Shown here piece by piece: positions 1-22,540 of a stretch of DNA of 64,000 nt. Location of the stretch: assembly GCA_965112155.1 (NCBI GenBank), contig OZ218099.1, one strand, 5' to 3'. Numbering within the stretch: position 1 is the stretch's first letter; every line of letters begins with the position of its first letter. The notes under the pieces were generated by a model. It searched no databases and was not told the origin of the DNA. It saw only the letters and a program-made list of their open reading frames with translations. The translations under genes were made by a program, and so were the position numbers. Source of the DNA: Podarcis liolepis (lineage: Eukaryota).

Positions 1-2
1 TA

Positions 3-9666
<9,664 letters not shown>

Positions 9667-10500
9667 TCATGTAGTTTTCCTCCCAGGATTTGGCAGTTTT
9701 CAAGATCTGTAGAAAGAGAACCAAAAAAAGTGAAACTTTTTATAAATATGTACCCAAAGCTGCCAACAGCATTTCTCTTTAGAAATTAGACAACCACTAA
9801 GAGAACAAAGCACGACGTGCATTTAGATGACTAACTTAAGAGACTTGACTAGCATAATGGATGATCCAAAAGTGATTTTAGCAGAATGACTGATCAGTGC
9901 AATGCTATCTTAGCGGAGATAGCATTTCCTGTGCACACAGGTCATGTTCTGTGTGGGTTTCCTGCCTTGTCCCAAGTAACAGGCAACAATAGGCAAGTGG
10001 CTGCCCCATGGAGCCCAGAAGTCTACCTCTTCTCCTTTTGGCACAGCACCATTCTTTTCCAGTCAGTTCCATGGGTAGAATGTCTTCAAGTGCCTTGGAA
10101 CAAAGGAAGAAGCATTCTGTTCCATTTCTTATCTAAAATCTTCTAGCAGTGGTGCCACACCAGATAGAGAAGGGTGCCTTTTCAAACATAGGAGGCTTTC
10201 TTACTCCTTCCCATGGCAATTATGAAGTAGGAGGAGACAACAGGGTGTTGTGTGTTGGCACTGAAAAAGCTCCAGTTAAGCCGTTTAAGCTCACTGCAGA
10301 AAACAGCCATTTAGGAGAGTTGTTTTTACTAGGCTAATACTGACATACACCACTATATGAACACACACTATTTACAAACATTACAAGTAGCATTCTCTCT
10401 CTCAGCCCAGAGGGTTCTTTGCTTCAAAGTACTTGTTGTGTTAAAAGTCCACAGTCAAGTCCTAAGGTCAGCTGCTTTCAAAGTCCTGCAGCTGATTAGA

Positions 10501-10636
10501 CAGGCATCCCCAAACTCCGCCCTCCAGCTGTTTTGGGACTACAACTCCCATCATCCCTAGCTAACAGAACCAGTGGTCAGGGATAATGGGAGTTGTAGTC
10601 CCAAAACAGCTGGAGGGCGGAGTTTGGGGATGCCTG
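10501..10636. mobile_element. Palindromic hAT-type MITE
   Basis: Near-perfect inverted repeat CAGGCATCCCCAAAC...GTTTGGGGATGCCTG; 8-bp TSD TGATTAGA / TGATAAGA. Confidence 0.9.
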
Positions 10637-11080
10637 TGATAAGAGTTCTCTAACTTCTGAAGTCCATCAATTTTCCAACTTCTTCCTCAGACGATCTTTT
10701 CAAAAAGTTTTCACTTGAATCCAGTTCCAGCAGATAGCCTTCAGCAATTCTCCTACCATGACCCACACAGTATGCTGTAACCTTGAGGCCTTTTATACAC
10801 AAAGTCACTTGCCAAATCTGCCCACTTGCACAGATAAGAGTCACAAGATGCCTGCAGGTGCATGGTGGGGAATGAGTTATCTCTGCTGATTCATAGAGAA
10901 TTAACCCATTAACATTAATCCTTAACATTTTGCCCCCCCTAAGGAAGAACTGGAGCAACCGATGACCCTCATACACCAAAGCTGTCCAAGACAGCAAATA
11001 CACTGCTAAGTTTATGTCACTGTCTGTCCTCTCTTTCTTTGTTTATGTGTTGCCTGTCCCCGCTTCACTTATGTTCAGTA

Positions 11081-11222
11081 CAGTGGTACCTCGGGTTAAG
11101 TACTTAATTCGTTCCAGAGGTCCGTTCTTAACCTGAAACTGTTCTTAACCTGAAGCACCACTTTAGCTAATGGGGCCTTCTGCGTATGTAACCTGACGTG
11201 TATGTAACCTGAGGTACCACTG
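11081..11222. mobile_element. Tc1/mariner (Tigger/pogo-like) MITE
   Basis: TIR CAGTGGTACCTC, TA on both flanks. Confidence 0.88.
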
Positions 11223-14200
11223 TACTTATTTCAGAGAATTGTAAAGTTTGAAGGAATCCCAAGGGTCATCAAGTCCAACTCCCTGAACTAAGTCTATTCC
11301 TCCTCCTTCTGAGTTTGTGTGTCCTGCGTGAGTGTACATGCATGTTAAATTGGCTCAGGTTGGCAAATAGCCCTCAAAAGAGCCGCAAACCAATGTCAGC
11401 CACCTCTGCTATCAAGTTGTACATTTTTTGAATGAAATTCTTAACCCACAATTCTTCAGTTTTGAACGCACGTATCTGGGAGTATAAGGCCCATTTAATT
11501 TAATGGGACTTACTTTTCAGTAAATATGTTAAGTCAAACAATGTCATGTATGATGTTTGTTTGCACTCCTACATTATTATTACCAATGGTCCCAAATCCA
11601 GATACATTTTTGTGCAGAAGACTAAGAAGATGATCAGCACAGTCAGTTCAGGCAGGACTGATCTGTTTGCCAGTGCTTTCATGTTGTAAGAGATGCGTGA
11701 ACACACATCTTCCTTCCCACACCCTGGTTCAGATGCAGGAGGTAGAGAGATTTTTGCTTCTACAGCAGTTGTTTTGTACTCCTTGGTGGGACGTTTGGTG
11801 AGCAGAAAATGTTTGAACTCCTAGATTGTGCTTGCTGGAATATGACAAATATTGTAAAATACTAATAAGTATCTGTGTGGGGAGGAGAGAATTAGGTTAC
11901 AGCACTAGAAGAAAACAAAAAAGAAGTTATCCTCAGCCAAACAGACTGTTTTGTTTGGATCACTCTGCCAACTACAGAAATTTCACTGCCTGCTAGGGGA
12001 ATGTGCAGCTAAATTTCAAAACAAATCCAGGCAGCAGGAGCTTTAAACGGCTTTTAAAAATAAGATGACAAGCTATATCTAATGTTAATGTGAATTACAC
12101 GAGAGACTGCATTTATGTGAACAAACATCTCAAGAAACTTGACAGTGTTTCAAGTTAATTATATATCCACAACATGCATAATACAGAAGGACTGGAAAAT
12201 AAAATTAATTGCAGAAGCTGGTGAACACCACCAGACTATACTATGTCAAAACAATGTTTTAAGTTGGCAATAAGGCCTAGATGACTTCAAGAAACCTGTC
12301 CAACTGTATACCACCTCAAAATACTCCTGTCATATCTGAATTTCATGGAAATATTTGTGTTAAACTTTCCTTCTTTAGCCTTTCTGGTCCCATTATCATC
12401 ATCATCATCATCACTTCTTCCCCTTCCTCCACCAATATGTTGATATTATGTGAAGTATCATTAATATGAACTGGATTCAACGCACTATTCAAGAAAAGTT
12501 ATAGGGTACGGAGAAAAAAAGAACATGCAACGAAGTACCGGTAACTCACATTTCCAAATGATTATACGTTTGCAGCTGGTTCACACATAGAAAACCATGG
12601 TATGGTTATCAGGTCAAAGCCAGCTATAGTTTGCTGCAACATCCAAATTGGCAGGTTATGGATTGTGCTTGCCCTCCAATGCAGAATTGGTGGATTTAAA
12701 GTTCTGGTGTGGAAGGAAAGACAAACCACAGTTAGCATAGTTGGATCTGCAGGTAAACTGCGGTTTGCCTGAAAAAGAAAGTAAGAAAGGAATAGGAGAT
12801 TGAAACTTCAAAACTTTAATCTAATGCCAAATCAGCCTCTCTTATAAATCATTAATACATATGACCAAAATTTTTGGTAAATTTGATTAGTGTTTATTAA
12901 ATATAACATTTGTGTAAGTAGCAGAGCTTTAATCTAGTTGGCTTATACTATAGTAAAGTAACCAAAATGGAAAATATTTACAAGTTTAATTAAAAAAAAC
13001 AGCCTCACTAAAGAGTTTAGATTACATTTCACTATTTATTCAAAATACAATTTAAACAAGTAAAACCTCTCTGTTGAAATGTTCAAAATTGTTTTATTAC
13101 ATTCCACTACAGAACTGGAAAAATGTATTTTTGACAGTGATATACACTTAGTTTCCATTGCCAGGCATAGATACCAATAAGTCAGTTTCTGAGTGTTTAC
13201 ATCTGTGTGCATAATACACACATATATATACCCTAGCCAACATAGATGTTTCTCTGTTCAGAACTGGGCACATTCAGTAAAAGCAAGTCCTTTCATGTCT
13301 AGGTGTAAAAAGTAAAACATAACCTCCAATCTTCAGGTGGGCAACATATGGTCTGTGAGCCACACAAAGCACACCAAGTTCAAAGAAAAAGGTGCTCAAA
13401 GCCAAACAAGTGTATTTCAGCTCTCCTTCAGACAATAGATGCTTACTAGACGCAGCTGAATATATTGGAGGCAGGGCATCAGCTTCAAAAATGTGGGGTG
13501 ACAAGGCTCACACTGCTTTTGAAATTGCAGCCCATATGTTTTTTTTAAAAAAAACATTAAGTACCCTAAGAACCAAAACATTTTTGTATATATAAGCCTA
13601 CTCAGACATATATGCTTTAATCTGTTTTTAGTTTATTACTGATTTTATTTTTTGAAAGTTTTAAAGTTGTTTTTTATTGCTTTTATTGATAATTATATTG
13701 CTTTATTCTCTTCATAAACTGCTTTGAGGGGTTTTTTTAAATGCTCAGGTTGTGCATAAATTTTATGAATTACATTAAATCAGTTAATCAATCTTGCAGA
13801 ATACCTGTGTGGCCCAGGCTTCAGCATGCTATAGATATTTTCCCCTTCAAACCATTGCAAAGTTGCTTTAAAATCACTACATACACTAGGTAGCAATTGT
13901 AGCATGAATGCAGGCTTGAAATTATTGTACTGTAACTGTACTGTATCTGAATAAATGTTTTTTTTATTAAAGTGGGGAAGTGGAGGTTCCCACTTGGATA
14001 AGGACAATACCATGTGAAGATGCAAAGAACTTGCACACATGGGGTGCATCTAATCCACTTTAAACTGCGGTGTTTACATAGCCTAGCTGTGCTATTTGCC
14101 AAGCCAGGCAAATATACTAGACCTGGATGCTGATTTCTTTCTTTCTTTTTTTTGTCCTTCTCCAGAGTCAAGTGGGATGAGGATGGAGAACAACAACAGC

Positions 14201-14285
14201 AGCAACAACAACAAATAATAATTCAAAAGAAACAAAAATAGGATCAATTAATCCAACCCCGTTCATTAAAAACCTCACCCACATA

Positions 14286-14635
14286 AAGGTAAAGGTAAAG
14301 AGACCCCTGACCATTAGGTCCAGTTGTGGCCGATTCTAGGGTTGTGGCCCTCATCTCGCTTTATTGGTCGAGGGAGCTTCTGGGTCATGTGGCCAGCATG
14401 ACTAAGCCGCTTCTGGCGAACCAGAGCAGCACACGGAAACGCTGTTTACCTTCCCGCTGGAGCGGTACCTACCGTATTTATCTACTTGCACTTTGACGTG
14501 CTTTTGAACTGCTAGGTTGGCAGGAGCTGGGACCGAACAACAGGAGCTCACCCCGTTGCGCGGATTTGAACCACTGACCTTCTGATCGGCAAGTCCTAGG
14601 CTCTGTGGTTTAACCCGCAGCGCCACCGGCGTCCC
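14286..14635 (-). mobile_element. Sauria SINE
   Basis: GGGACGCCGGTGGCGCTG head, B-box-like GGTTCAAATCC, (ACCTTT)n tail, short TSD ACATAA. Confidence 0.9.
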
Positions 14636-15539
14636 ACATAATGACTGACTATTCCCTCTCTGGTAGGAAAGAAAGAGTACTAGTCCGTGCTCAGTCTCTG
14701 CAGTAATGATATGGAGGCTACCTGCCACACCTAGTCTTAAATTCTAGCTCCAAGTTGAGGGAAAAGAAAGAGAACAGCTGCCACTAACACCACACTGTGG
14801 AGAAGCATCACAATATTGAGGACAGCTGGCTCTCCTGGCTACTCCCTATATTCCAGGAATTGGGGAAGAGTGTTCACTTTGTGTAACAGAACCTTTCCTC
14901 GGAACTGAGGGAGTGTCCTTAAATCTGGGATTAATAAAACTCCCATAAAAATCACTGATTTTTATATACGGACTTGTAAAGCACTGTACAATAGATATAA
15001 CAGAATTTGCTTAAATTAGCTGTCAACATATTGTTACACTGAGGTCTCAGGGGGTATAAAAACTTTGAAGTCCCCATTTTATTTACGTTACTTGTTTCCA
15101 ACATTTGTAGACCATTTTTCACCATACAAACTCACAAAGCAGCTTATACAGCAATAAATAAAAACAATCCATCAGCCAAAATAATTATCATATTTAAAAA
15201 AAACAGCAAATGTAAAAATGAAAGTTTAATAAATAGGCACAATAAACAGCACAGCAACAACACAAACCTCTGACTTAGATCATGTTAATCAAATCAAGCA
15301 TAAGTCTAGGTGAACAGAAACACCAAAGAGGTAGCCATTTGTAGGGACGGACATATCAATCTATTTCCTCTGCAGGTTTAATGCATATTAAAAAAGGGTC
15401 AGTCTCATCGTGGTGATGTGTGGATTTTATATCCTTTGAAAATCCACCTTTTTTCAGGGGGAAGGAAATTTGTATTTTCAAAGTAGTCCAATGATCGCCT
15501 TTTTCTTTCTTCTTAAAAAAAACCACAACAAAACATTTC

Positions 15540-15720
15540 CCAGACCAGAGAACAACTCACTAGCAGTACCTCTGTCTTGCCAAAATTCAGCTTCAGCTTG
15601 TTGATCCTCATCCAGCCTATTATCACTTCTAGGCACCAGTTCAGCACTGATCCAGCTACATGTGGTTCTGATGGTATGGACATACAGAGCTGGGTGCCCA
15701 GCATCACCACTAAGATGGTT
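15540..15720 (-). mobile_element. Degenerate L2 LINE RT fragment
   Basis: CLEVIIGWMRINKLKLNFGKTEVLLV matches CLEAVGGWMAANGLKLNPDKTEVLFL of the intact element. Confidence 0.8.
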
Positions 15721-18700
15721 TCAGCTAGCTCTGCCAAGGAAGCTGTTGGGCAGTGGGGTGAGGATCCCTGTTCTGTATCCATGACCCAACACTAGGTGCA
15801 TTCCCTTGACCCAAGGACACTGGATTACTGGGACAGTCAGGCTAGGACAGTCAGGCTCACCCAGCTCTATGTAATGCATACCTGGTTAGCACCTTAAGAT
15901 GTTTTATTATGCACCTACCTGGCATTCAGCAATAGCACTTCAAGATGGGAGGGTTGGCATGACTACCTAGGTTCTATTGACAGGTAAGTGTGTGTGGTCA
16001 AGTGCCTGCTGCCTACTTTCCCTAACATCATCCCTCCCCCAGTGTATTCCAGGGAGTCAATATTACCCTGCCTGGGATTCTGTTGATCCCTTCTCTCCGC
16101 AATACAGTCAGCCAGGCACATATCTAACATTCCTTATCTGCTCTGGATCGCCAAAAGAGTCACACAAACTGCTAATGCAAAAAAGAGTGTCAATAAAAAG
16201 TACAACTAATAAGGCACAGTGGAATATAAAATGACAACTGCTACCAAAGGTTCTTGTTAGAATTTCATTGCAGAATACATGCAATATAGAATAGAAAAGA
16301 CAGACAAAAAAGCTCACTAAATACAGAGCCAGTGCAAAAACTGGGCATTATAATTTAAACAGTCAGATCTTAGTGGTGTACCCTGCACACACACACCAGT
16401 ACAACCAGCAGCAATAAACACTCATAACACTTTCAACCCAGTGCCAGCATCTTACCCACACATTATTTGCTGCCTACTTGACTGGAAGTTACAGCACACA
16501 CTGGCAGTTACCAAAGGCTATGCTTTGGTAGTAACCTGGGGATAATCTCAAGCTTTTACAAAGCTGCACCAGTCTTCATATTAACTGTATACTTAAAGCT
16601 GAAATCCTATTTTGCCCATTAATAAATCCCATTGGGGCTTACTTCTGAGTCTAGGGATTTATCCAGACTTCTTTATTATCTTCAAGGGCTAGGTATCTGC
16701 AAGCAGGATGGAACACCACTGTTTTAAGCATAGATTCCACTGTAGAAGACCACCAAGTTAAACAAACTGGTGAGGGAAAGAGAAAGAGGAATCACATTTA
16801 TGCACATTACAAAGTACTTCCCCTTTGTTGGGGTGGTCATTCAGTCTCTGCAACTGTTGTTCAACCCTTCTCTGATGAAGATTTGGCCAAAAGGCCAACA
16901 GATGCATTGTATTTTATTAAACACGGAATATTTACAAAATGGTGGCATAGTTATCATAAACAGTGTGTCTGATATTAAGTTTTCTGGGCTGTTCCATTTG
17001 CAGTGGTTAGCAAGTCTTGCTCTGATGTAGCACTGAACTTCTGAGGTGCCCAGAACACCTACAAAATACAGCCCACGACAAGGAACAAACCCCAGCCTCC
17101 AGATCCGAGTTCAGGAGGGGGCTGGAACTCACCATGTTGTGCTTCCAAGGTGTTTGGAGAGCCCCAAAACACAGAACAATACAAATGAGGCTCAACAGTC
17201 CCCTCAAACTTGGAGCTGGATACAGGAGAGATAATATTCACATTATGTCTCTAAAGCATGCTGCAACTGTAGGGACAGTTCCCCACCCCACCCCCCCAGC
17301 TCCAAGCTCAAGAGGAAGAGTTTGTCACATCAGTCAGAGGTGGCATGGACACTCACCCCTGATCATTCCAAGCTGCAGAAGCAGACATAAATGACCAAAA
17401 GCACTTCATTCTGCACAAAGAAATTAGCACATCAAGGAGAAGACTAGAGTTGAACACTTCTCACCAAATCTAGTTCTATGTGATGGTAACATTTTGACAT
17501 GGAGAATCATTCATCCACCAGCTGACTGAGACAGAATACTGCCCAAGACCATACTTGCCACCTTATCTTTTCTTTTCCTCCATCTGTTAATAGGTGGGCC
17601 CAAAATGTCTCATGCATGTCAAAGTAATTTCTGTGGGAGGAATTCAATGCCTTCTTCTTCCGATCCTTCCATCAGCACAAGCCTTTCTGCTTGCCAGAAC
17701 AACAACCCCCCTCTCCTCCACCCACCCACAGTTCAAGGGGGGGGGGGTTCCTTCCTGACCCTACAGAACAAATTTGCGGTTAGTGTGCCAGTAGGACATC
17801 AGGTTAGTTGAATTTGGTCCTAGTGTCTAAAACTGACATAGGCAGCTGTAGAAGTACTGAGAAAGAATCTGATAGCATATGGGGAGATTGTAAGAGTGCA
17901 AAAACAGATCTTTTAAAAGTGAAACTTATCATTCTGTCTTGTCTGGCTACCAAAGGCAAGCAGAATTTTCATGCAGGCATGGGCAGGGAATTTCATACAG
18001 GGAGGTAAGCAAAAGAGAGAAGGGTCACTCCATCCTTCCTCCTTCTCCAGCTCACCTTGTTTTCTTCTGGCTACCAAGGAATGCAAGTCCTTTCACCTTG
18101 CCCAGCACAGAGACCTAGCAAAGGAAGTGTTAAGAGTCCTCCTTCTCCTCTGCCAGTCCACCTGATAGAAGCCTTTTTCTTTTTCTATTAGCCTCTTAGT
18201 AAAACAGGATTTCTGGCTAGCTGCTTTTCTGGTCTTATATAGGCATTTTCTGTGTGCTGAAGTAGGTTCTAGTGAACAAAAGTTTGTATCATACAAATAT
18301 TAGTGTTAAAGGTGGCACAATACTCTTATTTTTTCTTTTGTTTTCCTTCCTCATTCTCCCCTCTCCCTCCATTTACTCTGTTGTAACTTCCTGTACATAT
18401 TTGAAGGCCTTTTCTGTCATCTAGAATAATTAAATGCAACAAATATATATCTTACCATTGCCCTATTCAGGCATTATTGCTCCTGCATTGGGCATTACAG
18501 GAATGGGGGTGCATCAAGTAGCTTCACCTGCTACCATCTTTGCAAACAGAACAACTATCTATATCAACACAGCTTTCACACATATAGCTGTAGATACAAA
18601 GAGTCCTTCATTTGATGATTGAGGAAATACTAGGGTATTGGGCACCTTGATGCATCCCTGCAGTAACACTAAAAGGGCTTATATTGCGGGGGAAATAAAA

Positions 18701-19242
18701 ACTCATAATGCAACTGAATTTTTCTGAAATGAATTAGATTTTAGATAGTTCAAAAATTAACTTTAGTCACTGTAAAATGTTTTGCACATGATGAAAATCT
18801 GCACATAGGGGCTCCCAATATTACCCAATTCAGATTTATTTAATGCACATTGTCAGTGTGGATAGGAAATTGGATAGCAACACTTTCCAAAAAATATTTA
18901 AATGCCTGAATAAATCTGATTTACTGTATATATGCTCCAGTTTAGAATTCATCAGTTTAATTCTACTACTCCCTGAAACATGATGTACATTTTGTCTTCA
19001 TAACTGCATGTACAGAAAAAGAGTGTGGTTATTTGCCACAGATATATTAGCAGTTCCATAGGCTGTGGTTTTACAGGCACTCTAAAGTAAGGGCTACCTT
19101 ATTAATTATGTTTCGCTTAGATGAAATCGACTTCTGTCTGTAGGAATAACATGCAACCCATTTATAAATTATCATTTGTAATTTTGCCGTGATTAATATA
19201 CTGGAAAGCAACAACACAAAATATTATTATCCATGTTCAGTA

Positions 19243-19473
19243 CAGTCGTATCTCGGGTTACAAACACCTTGGCTTACAAACACTTCGGGTTACAGACTCT
19301 GCTAACCGGGAAGTAGTACCTCGGGTTAAGAACTTTACCTCAGGATGAGAACAGAAATAACGCGGCGGCAGTGGGAGGTTCCATTAGCTAAAGTGGTACC
19401 TCAGGTTAAGAATGGTTCCAGGTTAAGAACAGACCTCCAGAACAAATTAAGTTCGTAACCAGAGGTACCACTG
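19243..19473. mobile_element. Tc1/mariner MITE, same family as 11081
   Basis: TA-flanked, TIR cagtcgtatctc / gaggtaccactg. Confidence 0.85.
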
Positions 19474-20109
19474 TACTTGTGTATAAACATAACTTAAGAA
19501 GTGGCTCTAAACTAAACATTAACAAACAAAATGGCTTCAATCCTATGCACACTTCAGTGTAATTCTCAGTGAACTCAGTGGGACTTCTGAGTGAACTTGC
19601 ATAAGACAAAGTTGCACATCTCATAGTTCTTAGAAAAATTTCATCAAATGAAGCTAAATGTTGGGAAAGTCAAAACAAAAAAAGCAATGAATTGATCTGG
19701 TACAAATGCCACACTATGCTAATCTATGGCTTAGCATGAATGCACGAGTGTGTGGACTCTCAATACATTACAGCCACTTTGCCCCTCTCTAGTCAATCTG
19801 CTGCTATGTTGAGTTAAAGTATGGCTTGGCTTAGTGTGTCATGTGAACCTAGGCTCATGCTTTAGTTCTCTGCACACTAACCATGAGCAGTAACCAATGT
19901 TTGTCCTGCGATTAACAGCTCAAGATTTGATTGGGAGAGCTAAACCATGAGTCTGGAGGATGACCAAGGCTTGGCATAGCTTAGCACAGCAGTTGAATGA
20001 CCAGTGAGGAATACAGCAGCTTCAATCTCCTCTTTAAAAGTCTGCACACTCACACATTTGTGCTAAGCAATGATTTTGCTTAGTGTGATGTACAAACAGG
20101 ATAGCACAT

Positions 20110-20404
20110 AGTTAAACTGTGGGAAATGTTATCACAAGATGTAGTGATGGCCATCAATTTGGATGGCTTTAAGAAGTATTTAGACAAATTCAGGGAGGTG
20201 AGCAATGGCTCCTAGATATGATCATGACATTACCTCCAGTATCAGAGGCAGTATGCCTCTGAATATCTTTTGTTTGGGGTCACGAGTAAGAGAGTGCTAA
20301 TGTGCTCATATCCTTCTTGTAAGCTTCTCATAGGCATCTGGTTGACTTCTGGGAGAATAAAATGCTGAACAAGACAGGCCTCTAGTTTGATCTTATGTTC
20401 TTAG
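20110..20404 (+). mobile_element. CR1-like LINE 3' fragment
   Basis: gatgtagtgatggcc...ttagacaaattc...cttatgttctt terminus typical of squamate CR1; related pieces at about 26290-26590 (-) and 35800-35965 (+). Confidence 0.65.
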
Positions 20405-21559
20405 GTTAGAGGTGCAGTTCTACCGTGTATATCAGCTGCTTAGATTGTACTATGGACATTTATTTTTAAAACTTACATCCTACCTACTTTCAGAGGAACT
20501 CAGTATATGTTTAACATATCACAGTACCAAAACAATATTTCACATTAAAACCATCTCCAATATATATCTAACAGAAAATGTATTGGATTTGAATATCCCT
20601 GATTCTGAACAAGTAAAAAATACCCCAGAATCACCTTCCCTTTCTATTAAAAAAAAGACTAAACAGAGACCCTTCTCACAAGAACATGAATACAAGGTCA
20701 GTAATAATGCACTTTCAAATGTAAGAAGGGATGTATAAAGGGCAATAGTAAAAAAAGAAGCAGAAGAAAAACATGTTCCCTGTATGTGACCAAAAAAATG
20801 CTCTTAACAAAGTAAGCTACCAACAAGTATCATGTAAGTTAGAAGGCAACTTTTAGCTAGCATTCTTAATAATTTCAGTTATGTGTTGGCACATGAAATG
20901 GAAAAGTGATCTAACAAGCAGACTTCTCTTAAAAGGTAATTTCTCTATGTGAGGGGTATAATTACACAATCCAACACAACTCAAACTCAACAATTTGACA
21001 AGCGGACAGTACACCATACTAATTTTAAAGCACAGTCATTCTTATCCAGAGAAGTATGACATCAAGAGGAGCACTAGTGGCAACCTATATGTGCTATTCA
21101 ATTACATTAAACAATAACTGCTGCCTGAATTGTTGATCCCCCTCTCTCCTTTGGCAATAATTTAAGAATAGAACAGTTTACTGCGCCTTTGAGATGGGAC
21201 AGGGGATATTCAAAGAAAGCTTGGGCAGAAATCCAAAACACATTTCCTTGAAAGTACATCCTACAGAAATCAATGGCTTCTGCTTCCAAGTAAACGTGCA
21301 GAGCTGGGTTGTTAACCTCCACCTTCCATAGCACAGATTAGATAGCTCTGTTCTGGCATTGAAAATGTGTACCAGGACTGTTGCAAAACGCCCATCTGAA
21401 AGCTTAGCAAGGGCAGGACCAATGTGCTCTTGGGGGGCTTGGTTTTCCATCAACGCAATCCTATGCGGGCCTGCTTAGTAAAAGTAAGCTCCGCTGGATT
21501 CAATGGGATTTGCTCCCAGGCCAGTGTTTAGAGAGGGTGGCAGCTCATAACAAACCACC

Positions 21560-22540
21560 ACCACCACCGGGACCCTCCAGTCCGACCCCTGCGTCAGAGC
21601 ACGAAGAAGCTGGTCCATCCCTGGCATCTCCTGCTCACAAACCGCAAAGGACGAGAATCACTGCGGCAGCAGAAGGGGGTGAGCAGCAGGAGGGAGGCGA
21701 GAAAGGCGCAGGTACCAGCCAAGCCGGGTCAGCCCAATGCTGTCAGGCGAGGAGATGCCACGGGAGCGGGGCGGGAAGGACCTCCTGCGTGTTTCGCGAC
21801 CCCTGAGAGACGACCCCTCCTCCCCGGGCGGCACCAGACCGCTTTTCCCCGGGCGGCTGCTCAGGAGACGAAAACGAGCCGTGGGAACGGGGGGCGCTGG
21901 CGGGGTGGGAACAGGGGGGGGGGGCTGAATCCGGCCGGGGCCTAAAGCGGGAGCCTCCGCCGCCCCCTCGCCATGGGCAGGAGGAGGAGGAAGGGGGGCT
22001 GCCAAGGTGGCGGGGAAACTTTCCAGCCGCAGCTCCGGGTGGGGGAGGGGGGCTGAAGTCATCACGCAGCCGTCTGCGGGGGTCGCCGCCGCCACGCTCC
22101 CCGCACCCACCCACAACCCCCGGCGCCTCCTCCCGGCGCCAGCCCCGCTGGTATCCCTCGGCCGCACCCACAGCTTGCCCGGCCCCAAGCATGCCCGCTC
22201 CGGCGCCTGCCTCACCTCCTCGGAAGCCCTCGGGGGAGCCACTCTGCCGCTTCGATTCCTGACCGAGCTCTCGGAGACGCTCCAGCCGCAATGGCCTCCC
22301 TCGGTCCCTCACAGGCCGCACCAGGCCCCGAGCGCGATGACAGGCAGCCGCCGCAGCCAATCCATGCCGACATTCTTCGAGGGTCGGCCAACCAGTCTTT
22401 CGGAGGCGGGTGTTAAAGGCCACTATATAAGGTAAGGAGTGACAAGCGCCTTCCTCGGTGACTGGGCGGCAGAGGGGGGGGGGAGGGGTGTGTGCTTTGA
22501 GGTAACGTCACCTGCCTGTGCGAAAGTGAGCGGATCCAAT
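21560..22540 (-). promoter_or_regulatory. MAPK9: MAPK9 CpG-island promoter and probable non-coding exon 1 (donor GAG|GTGAGG at 22216/22215)
   Basis: CpG-dense GC-rich island upstream of the first coding exon; CCAAT motifs near 22357 and 22535, CRE half-site near 22505; TSS not determinable from sequence. Confidence 0.75.

Noticed and set aside
21510-22435. Overlapping ORFs up to 226 aa
   Set aside because: Stop-poor GC-rich CpG island, low-complexity products, no recognisable domain
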